A stretch of DNA of 63,960 nt from an uncultured Christensenellaceae bacterium (GTDB taxonomy: Bacteria > Bacillota > Clostridia > Christensenellales > UBA3700): positions 1-63,960 of the forward strand of contig CALWKV010000052.1 in the NCBI GenBank assembly GCA_944381355.1, read 5' to 3'. How positions within the stretch are numbered: the first letter of the stretch is position 1; each line of letters opens with the position of its first letter. The notes under the pieces are model-generated. The model saw nothing but the letters and a program-made list of their open reading frames with translations. It had not been told where the DNA came from and did not search any database. This document shows positions 18,576 to 24,977 of the stretch, piece after piece. Both the position numbers and the translations under genes were made by a program.

Positions 18576-19439
18576 ATGATACGCGTAGCCGAAGGCTGGA
18601 AGGATTACCGCGTCATCGCTACCGGCGACGGGATGAAACTCGAACGCTGGGGCGATCTCGTGTTGCTTCGTCCAGATCCGCAGGTAATATGGCATGCGGA
18701 CAAAGATCTCGCGTCGTACAAGGGCATAAACGCCGTATACAAACGCTCGTCGAGCGGCGGCGGACGCTGGCAATATAAAGGCAATGTGCCCGAAAACTTT
18801 ACGGTAGGCAGGAAAGGTCTGAAATTTTCACTCAAACTGATGGGCTTCAAGCACACGGGGCTTTTCCCCGAACAGGCGGTGAACTGGGACGTCGTGCAGG
18901 ATCTTATCAAGAGCGAAAACCGCAGAGTCAAGGTGCTCAATCTCTTTGCCTATACGGGCGGCGCGACGGTTGCCTGCGCAAAAGCCGGAGCTTTCGTGAC
19001 CCACGTGGACGCGGCGAAAGCCATGGTGGACAGAGCCAAAGAAAATGCCGCGCTGTCAGAGATACCCGGCGACTCGATAAGGTATATCGTAGACGATTGC
19101 ATGAAGTTCGTCGCGAGAGAACAGAGGAGAGGCAACACTTACGACGCGATAATCATGGATCCTCCGTCGTACGGCAGAGGCGTCAACGGTGAAGTGTGGA
19201 AGCTCGAAGAAAATCTGTTCGATTTTGTGACGGAATGCGTAAAACTTCTTTCGGACAAACCGCTGTTCGTGCTCGTCAATTCTTATACGACGGGACTTCA
19301 GCCGACCGTGACAGAAAATATTCTGAGACTTTGCCTTAAAGACAGGGGCGGGATATTCGAGTCCTACGAAATAGGACTTCCCACCGACGAAAAAATTGTT
19401 TTACCCTGCGGATGCAGCGGACTTTGGAGGACAAAATGA
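18576..19439 (+). CDS. class I SAM-dependent methyltransferase (RlmI/RlmK-like rRNA methyltransferase core)
   Basis: 287 aa. The ATG immediately follows the ileS stop. Has NLFAYTGG(A)T and IIMDPPSYG motifs typical of this methyltransferase family. Confidence 0.7.
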   Translation: MIRVAEGWKDYRVIATGDGMKLERWGDLVLLRPDPQVIWHADKDLASYKGINAVYKRSSSGGGRWQYKGNVPENFTVGRKGLKFSLKLMGFKHTGLFPEQAVNWDVVQDLIKSENRRVKVLNLFAYTGGATVACAKAGAFVTHVDAAKAMVDRAKENAALSEIPGDSIRYIVDDCMKFVAREQRRGNTYDAIIMDPPSYGRGVNGEVWKLEENLFDFVTECVKLLSDKPLFVLVNSYTTGLQPTVTENILRLCLKDRGGIFESYEIGLPTDEKIVLPCGCSGLWRTK

Positions 19440-20218
19440 CCGACTTCAGTTATCGTGACCTGACCGTGGTACACGAGGACAATCATATCATTGTCGTTAT
19501 TAAACCGCAAAACGTTCCCACTCAGGCGGACGCTTCCGGCGATACCGACATGCTCACTGTGGTCAAGGAATACATAAAGAATAAATACGGCAAGCCCGGC
19601 AACGTATACGTCGGACTTGTGCACAGGCTGGACAGACCCACGGGCGGTCTCATGGTCTTTGCGCGCACGTCCAAGGCGGCGGAAAGACTTTGCGAGGCGA
19701 TAAAAAGCGGAGATTTTGAAAAGAAATATCTTTGCGTTACCTGCGGAATCCCCAAACATCCCGTCGGCGCGCTTACGCATTATCTGAAAAAGAACGAAAA
19801 GACAAACACCGTCGAGATCGTTCCCATGATGACGGAAGGCGCGAAAAAGGCGGAACTGGAATATCACGTGCTTGCCGAAAAAGACAGCTTCGCACTCGTC
19901 AAGGTAAATCTGCTGACGGGCAGGTCGCATCAGATACGCGCGCAGATGTCGTTCAACGGTACGCCGCTGTTCGGCGACGCAAAGTACGGCGCGGACAGAC
20001 GTACGCTCAAACACAACCTTGCTCTTTGGTCGGCGGTGCTTCGCTTCACTCATCCCACGACGGGCGAGAGGCTTGCGTTCATCTCTTATCCGCCCGAGGA
20101 TATATCGCCGTGGAAGGCGTTTGAACTGGGCAGATTCCTCAACTTTGCCGCCGTCACCGATCCTTACGGCAACATGAAAAACTATATCGACTTTGCAAAA
20201 AAAGACGACAAAAAATAA
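19436..20218 (+). CDS. RluA family pseudouridine synthase
   Basis: HRLDRPTGGLMVFA catalytic Asp motif and LLTGRSHQIRAQM motif. ATGA overlap with the upstream stop. Confidence 0.85.
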   Translation: MTDFSYRDLTVVHEDNHIIVVIKPQNVPTQADASGDTDMLTVVKEYIKNKYGKPGNVYVGLVHRLDRPTGGLMVFARTSKAAERLCEAIKSGDFEKKYLCVTCGIPKHPVGALTHYLKKNEKTNTVEIVPMMTEGAKKAELEYHVLAEKDSFALVKVNLLTGRSHQIRAQMSFNGTPLFGDAKYGADRRTLKHNLALWSAVLRFTHPTTGERLAFISYPPEDISPWKAFELGRFLNFAAVTDPYGNMKNYIDFAKKDDKK

Positions 20219-20240
20219 CAGTCGACATATCAGAGCAATG

Positions 20241-20268
20241 TCTCTCGCAAGCGCGGGAGATTTTTTTT
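20241..20268 (+). terminator. intrinsic terminator after the rluA-family gene
   Basis: TCTCTCGC-AAGC-GCGGGAGA followed by T8. Confidence 0.65.
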
Positions 20269-20304
20269 GCTTTTTAAAGAAGCGTCGAGGCTCCGAGGCG
20301 ATTC

Positions 20305-20385
20305 GCAAGTCGTCAGACGAAGGAAAGCAGAGAATATTCAGATTGCAAGTCGTCAGACGAAGGGAATCATGGAATATTCTGAATT
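20305..20385. repeat. two copies of a 40-bp unit, each with palindromes TCGTC-A-GACGA and GAATATTC
   Basis: The 19-bp perfect direct repeat GCAAGTCGTCAGACGAAGG occurs at 20305 and 20345. Confidence 0.8.
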
Positions 20386-20418
20386 TATATATAATGTCAA
20401 AATGTGGTTGGCTTTATA

Positions 20419-20610
20419 TCTTTTGACCTGCAACATACGGTTGACATAAGAGATTTTGCCCGTAACAATTTATTGTTTTCAGGTCTTTTGACTGAAAGAT
20501 ATGATTGACTTCAGGTCTTTTGACTGAAAGATATGATTGACTTCAGGTATATTGACTTAAATATATAATTGACTTCAGGTCTTTTGACCTAAAACAGGTC
20601 TTTTGACCTG
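20419..20610. repeat. iteron-like array: three tandem 32-bp units plus two 19-bp partial units and a flanking copy, 10 co-oriented TTGAC motifs
   Basis: CAGGTCTTTTGACTGAAAGATATGATTGACTT occurs at 20480 and 20512 (identical), with a diverged copy at 20544. CAGGTCTTTTGACC occurs at 20576 and 20595. TCTTTTGACCTG also occurs at 20419. Confidence 0.85.
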
Positions 20611-20714
20611 ACGACAAAAGTTCGCTTAGGCACTTTTATGGATTTTCGCGAAATGAATGGTGAGGGTGATTTTACAATGTTTTTTGGTAAAATCCACAGG
20701 TATGCAGATATGTT

Positions 20715-20923
20715 ACGTCGGCAAGCATATAAATGCGACGTCGGCAAGCAGATAAAAGAGATGACAGGCAAACAGATAAATGTTGCTTAGGCAAGCAGAT
20801 AAAAGAGATGACAGGCAAAACATATAAATGTTACGTCGACAAGCATATAAATGCGACATCGGCAAACAGATAAATGTTACTTAGGCAAGCAGATAAAAGA
20901 GATGACAGGCAAACATATATATC
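20715..20923. repeat. iteron-like array: nine tandem 23-25-bp units with core GGCAA(G/A)CA(G/T)ATAAA
   Basis: The units abut with no unique spacers. The two-unit block GGCAAGCAGATAAAAGAGATGACAGGCAAAC recurs three times. Confidence 0.85.
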
Positions 20924-21464
20924 ATTAATTATTATTTCAATATATAAAACAATCAATTGATATTATATTACGCGCGCGCAAAATTTAGCTGCGCGTTTCT
21001 TGGTATTGACTGCGTTTAAAGAAAGGGAAGGCGAGGATTGCACGGTCTGAACTTCTGTCATTGCAACGCGCTTTGCAATACCGCGATCGTGACATGCCGT
21101 CGAGAAGTATAACAATTTTACGGCATGACATTTTTGATAAAAACGGAGTAGACCTCGCTATATGCGGCAGAGCGCATTTTTACGTTGTCTGCAGTTTGCC
21201 GACAGGGTTAAGATCTTGTTGTTTTTTCTCGGACGTAGCGTTTCTTGCGGACTGATCGGTTTTTTCGCTGACGTTCAGATTATGTTTTCTCAAACTTTTT
21301 CAAAGATGACATAGCAATCCGTAACAATAGATTGCAGGGCATAAAATTCAACAGACTTTACATTATGTTCACATTTTTTCAAGCCGATTTTTAAAAAATC
21401 GTCAATTTTTCTACTTAAATATGACAAAATATGGCAACTTCTAAAAGTTACCATATAGAAAAGA

Positions 21465-21478
21465 CGAACAAATGTTCG
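21465..21478. promoter_or_regulatory. candidate LexA (Cheo/SOS) box CGAACAAATGTTCG
   Basis: Perfect palindrome matching the Firmicute LexA consensus CGAAC-RNRY-GTTCG. It ends 65 nt upstream of the first cassette gene. Confidence 0.5.
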
Positions 21479-21497
21479 CAAAAGTTGGCAGACTAAA

Positions 21498-21526
21498 TTG
21501 ATTTACAACTGTTGCGGATATATACT
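21498..21526 (+). promoter_or_regulatory. candidate promoter TTGATT-17 nt-TATACT for the cassette
   Basis: Hexamers with 17-nt spacing, 17 nt upstream of the ATG at 21544. The RBS GGAGGAAAG follows. Confidence 0.4.
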
Positions 21527-21543
21527 GTGGACGGAGGAAAGAT

Positions 21544-22119
21544 ATGGAAAAAACGATTGATTGGGTAACGGCGCTTACTGCAGCTTACAGACATTTGCCG
21601 CGTGCTGTGGGGGCTTGCAAAAAGACTTCGTCCGCACTTGCGGTTTCGGGTTTTTACAATACCGACACTATGGCTCTCATAGAAAAGATGATTGATTGCA
21701 ACGTCCGCGCCGAGAGTTATATCAACGCCAAGGTGCTTATCGACAGAACGATTGAGAAATTGCCGCTCAAGCACGCCAGAATACTTTATTTAAGGGCGCG
21801 TTACGGCGTAAGCATCGAGGTCATCGCGGAGAAACTGGGATATTCCAAGAGGAGCGCGTTCCGCTGGTACGCCGAGGCGCTGAAAAAGGCGGCGAGCGTG
21901 CTCAAGGCGCAAGGCTATGACAGCGACTGGTTTGCCGAGAGGTATGCAAAAGACGTGCTGATAGGGGATTACTATTCTCAGATAAGAAAAGGTGCGGACG
22001 TGTTCGGCCGCACCGTAAAGATCCGTGACAGCAAAAAGCTGAGGATAAAACTGGAGGACGCCGTTGCCGCAGGGCTTCTGCTGGGCGAGCGAGCGTATTC
22101 GATAGGTTGTCTTAATTAA
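21544..22119 (+). CDS. sigma-70 region-4-like HTH protein (phage late activator ArpU/RinA-like, or HTH-type small terminase)
   Basis: 191 aa. HARILYLRARYGVSIEVIAEKLGYSKRSAFRWYAEALKKAA is a region-4 type HTH. It is the first gene of the cassette, upstream of terL. Confidence 0.55.
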   Translation: MEKTIDWVTALTAAYRHLPRAVGACKKTSSALAVSGFYNTDTMALIEKMIDCNVRAESYINAKVLIDRTIEKLPLKHARILYLRARYGVSIEVIAEKLGYSKRSAFRWYAEALKKAASVLKAQGYDSDWFAERYAKDVLIGDYYSQIRKGADVFGRTVKIRDSKKLRIKLEDAVAAGLLLGERAYSIGCLN

Positions 22120-22937
22120 CGACCGTAACCGTCATAGCGGTCTCTTTCTGCATTTTCGCGGTTTTCCATCTCGTAGCGGTTTTTCGCGTTCTTGGTTGGA
22201 CGGAAGATGAGGAATATGACCAGCACGCACATTATGCATATGACCGCTATCATCACGTTGCGGATTACGTTGTTGCCGCCTACGTCCGCGTTGCCGTCAC
22301 CGGGGGTGGAGATGACGCCTTCGTTTTCGGCGTTGTTTTTCTCTACCGTGATCTGGTGGAGAGGTATTGAGGACATCGTGAAAGCGGCTTTATTGGTGGC
22401 GCTCGCTTCTACGAGAAGCACTTTATAATAGGGTGCGCTGGCGATCAATGCGAAATATATCTTGTTGTTGCTCGCGCGGTAAACGCCGAGAACAGAGTCT
22501 ATCTGAGTTACGAAATCGCCTGTTGCCGCGTGCGTCTCGAGATTGCCCGGGGCATAGAACAGAGTGGTCTGCTTGTTGTTGAGCGTGAGGTCGATGATCT
22601 TGTACCCCGCGGTAGAGTCGGTGACGTCGTCATTGGATACGGACGCTTTTGCGTTCAGGTCAGAAGTCAACACGGCAAGGGTTATCGAATAATCCGCATT
22701 GCCGTTGTAGGAGATGAGGGTGTACTCTCCGCTGGTCGCCAGAGTGCGGAAATAATAGCTTTGCGGGATTATAAACGCAGGCTGATACGCGCCTCCGTCG
22801 GGAGACGTGTAGACTGTAATGTTTTCGTTGGCTATGTAATAGGTCTGACCGCCTGATTGCGTATCGGCAAAAACGGTGCCTGTCGCAAGCAGAAACACGG
22901 CGGCGATAAGTATGCAGACCGTAAGGATTTTTTTCAT
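22116..22937 (-). CDS. secreted, C-terminally membrane-anchored protein of unknown function (273 aa)
   Basis: GAGGAG RBS. Signal peptide MKKILTVCILIAAVFLLATGTVFA/DT. C-terminal TM helix VMIAVICIMCVLVIFLIF followed by a charged tail. This is the real part of the 747-aa minus-strand ORF. Confidence 0.65.
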   Translation of the reverse strand: MKKILTVCILIAAVFLLATGTVFADTQSGGQTYYIANENITVYTSPDGGAYQPAFIIPQSYYFRTLATSGEYTLISYNGNADYSITLAVLTSDLNAKASVSNDDVTDSTAGYKIIDLTLNNKQTTLFYAPGNLETHAATGDFVTQIDSVLGVYRASNNKIYFALIASAPYYKVLLVEASATNKAAFTMSSIPLHQITVEKNNAENEGVISTPGDGNADVGGNNVIRNVMIAVICIMCVLVIFLIFRPTKNAKNRYEMENRENAERDRYDGYGR

Positions 22938-23060
22938 CTTCAACTCCTCGGTACAGACGCATCGCGCCTGCAAGATACTATTATTATACACTATGACGTG
23001 TATATCGCAACAATTAAAAATAGTTTTTATTGTAAAAAATACGGCGTAAATCGGAGAAAT

Positions 23061-24488
23061 ATGACTGAAAAAGAGATACTTGCAAAGATTCTGGCGATAG
23101 AGCAGGAGCAGAAACGCCGCTTCGACAACAGCAGGCTCGCCCGATACAATACGGGAGAAAAGGTGCACGAAAAGCAGATGGCTTTTCACAAATGTCTCAA
23201 GCGTAACCGCTGGGTTTTCGGCGGCAACAGAAGCGGCAAAACTGAGTGCGGCGCAGTCGAGGCGATATGGTGGGCGAGAGGCATACACCCTTACCGCAAG
23301 AACAGAGGAGCGGTCGAAGGCTGGGTCGTGTCGCTGTCGTACGAGGTGCAGAGAGACGTCGCGCAGAGCAAATTCCTGTCCTATCTCAATCCCGATTGGG
23401 TAGAGGATATCGTTATGTCGTCGGGAAGAAAAGAAAGCGCGGAGTACGGCGTCATCGACTACATTCTGATAAAAAACGTGTCGGGCGGAATATCTAAAAT
23501 TTCTTTCAAAAGCTGCGATCAGGGCAGAGAGAAATTTCAGGGTACTTCGCTCGATTTCGTATGGTTCGACGAGGAGCCGCCTCTCGATATATATCAGGAG
23601 TGCAGGATGCGCGTGCTCGACCGCAAAGGAGAGGTATGGGGCACTATGACTCCGCTCAAAGGTCTGACGTGGGTCTACGATCTGATATACCTCAACAGCG
23701 GCGGCGACGACGAGATATGGTGCACGCATATGGAATGGGCTGACAATCCTTTTCTTGACGAGGACGAAGTAGCCGCGCTGACGGCGAGTATGGACGAGGA
23801 GACGCTCAATTCTAGACGATACGGCAAGTTCAGCGCCGCGGAAGGCATCGTATACAAAGAGTTCGACCCGTCGAGGCACGTGCTTGAATTGCCCTTCGAC
23901 GTGCCTGCCGAGTGGCAGGATACGATAAGCATCGACCCCGGACTCAACAATCCGCTGGCGTGCTTGTTTTTCGCGACCGACTACGACGGCGTGGTCTACG
24001 TGGTCGGCGAGTGGTACGAGGCGGGCAGAGATATAGATTATCACGCGAAAAAGATATTCGAGACGGCAGACGCGCTGGGCTGGCACAGAGACGGCAAAGG
24101 GCGGCTTGAAGCGCTCATCGACAGCGCGGCGACTCAAAAGACGCTCGCGAGCGCAAAAAGCGTCGCGGACTTGTTTTTCGAGCGGAATATCGCAGTCAAT
24201 ACGCGCGTCGACAAAGATCTGTTCAGCGGCATAGCGAGAGTCAAATCCTATTTCGCAACAGACAGGATCAGGATATTCCCGTGTTGCGTCAATCTGATAC
24301 GGGAACTGAAATCTTACTGGTGGGGTAGCGGGGACAGACCCGTCAAAAAGGACGATCACGCGCTTGACGCGCTGAGATATTACATTATGACAAAGCCCGA
24401 GCCGACGAAGCCGCCAAGACGCGAAAAGTCGGTGATACAGAAAGACAAGGACAGGCTTATCAACAAACTCAGACGGAGCAAATTATGA
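23061..24488 (+). CDS. terL: phage terminase large subunit
   Basis: P-loop FGGNRSGKTE, Walker B LDFVWFDEEP, and C-terminal nuclease motif DDHALDALRYY. GGAGA RBS at the ATG at 23061. Confidence 0.85.
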   Translation: MTEKEILAKILAIEQEQKRRFDNSRLARYNTGEKVHEKQMAFHKCLKRNRWVFGGNRSGKTECGAVEAIWWARGIHPYRKNRGAVEGWVVSLSYEVQRDVAQSKFLSYLNPDWVEDIVMSSGRKESAEYGVIDYILIKNVSGGISKISFKSCDQGREKFQGTSLDFVWFDEEPPLDIYQECRMRVLDRKGEVWGTMTPLKGLTWVYDLIYLNSGGDDEIWCTHMEWADNPFLDEDEVAALTASMDEETLNSRRYGKFSAAEGIVYKEFDPSRHVLELPFDVPAEWQDTISIDPGLNNPLACLFFATDYDGVVYVVGEWYEAGRDIDYHAKKIFETADALGWHRDGKGRLEALIDSAATQKTLASAKSVADLFFERNIAVNTRVDKDLFSGIARVKSYFATDRIRIFPCCVNLIRELKSYWWGSGDRPVKKDDHALDALRYYIMTKPEPTKPPRREKSVIQKDKDRLINKLRRSKL

Positions 24489-24790
24489 CGAAGAAAAAGA
24501 TAGACAGCATTCTGATGAAGAAGGCGACGGGGTACTTTGTTGAAGAAAAGGTGGAAGAATTCGACCGCGAAAACGAAGTCACCAAAAGAAAGGTCTCCAA
24601 AAAATATATTCCGCCCGATACCACGGCTATAAAGGCTGTGATAGAGAGATCGGCAGAAAACCCGCTCGCGGGATATACGGACGAACAACTGGAGCAACTC
24701 AAACACAGGCTTCTAACAGAGCTTGAAAAAATAAATTCACAATCCAAGGAGGCAAAAAATGCAGGTCGCAAAACTAAGCGTAAAGACTAA
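24485..24790 (+). CDS. hypothetical phage protein (101 aa) with a small-terminase-like KxxIPPDTTAI segment
   Basis: ATGA coupling to the terL stop. The charged protein GYFVEEKVEEFD...KKYIPPDTTAIKAVIE resembles the central segment of some TerS proteins (recollection only, not searched). Confidence 0.45.
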   Translation: MTKKKIDSILMKKATGYFVEEKVEEFDRENEVTKRKVSKKYIPPDTTAIKAVIERSAENPLAGYTDEQLEQLKHRLLTELEKINSQSKEAKNAGRKTKRKD

Positions 24791-24977
24791 ATGCGAAATG
24801 CCGCTTTGCAAAAACAATGCGGCGTACCAGTTCTGCGCAGACAACGGAGACAAACTCAATTCTCTCAATCTGTGCGAGGACTGCGTGAAAGAATTGTATA
24901 GACAAATCGGCAAACTTCTGACGCCCAAAAGTCCTAAAAACATACTCTCGGGCAAGAGGGGAAAGGAGAGCGTATGA
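24759..24977 (+). CDS. small Cys-rich (zinc-ribbon-like) phage protein, 72 aa
   Basis: AAGGAGG RBS 7 nt upstream. Cys pattern C-x4-C ... C-x13-C-x2-C. Its stop overlaps the portal start (ATGA). Confidence 0.5.
   Translation: MQVAKLSVKTKCEMPLCKNNAAYQFCADNGDKLNSLNLCEDCVKELYRQIGKLLTPKSPKNILSGKRGKESV

Noticed and set aside
15534-18773. Long minus-strand ORFs of 555 and 514 aa
   Set aside because: They are antisense to ileS, which carries HIGH and KMSKS motifs. They have an Arg/His/Val-rich composition and no RBS or motifs, so they are codon-periodicity artefacts.
20419-20923. CRISPR array interpretation of the repeat arrays
   Set aside because: The repeat units abut one another with no unique spacers. 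Their periods (32 and about 23 bp) and degeneracy do not fit CRISPR, and there are no cas genes in the window.
21061-21481. Small ORFs 21061..21255(+) and 21290..21481(-) as a possible repressor/Cro pair
   Set aside because: Both have TTG-type starts, no RBS, no HTH-like segment, and a Cys/Phe-rich composition. The second merely begins inside the LexA-box palindrome.
22938-24359. N-terminal 474 aa of the 747-aa minus-strand ORF (22116..24359)
   Set aside because: It lies antisense to the clearly motif-bearing terL gene and has an Arg/Val/Phe-rich shadow composition. The real gene starts at the internal MKKILTV (22937), which has its own RBS and signal peptide.
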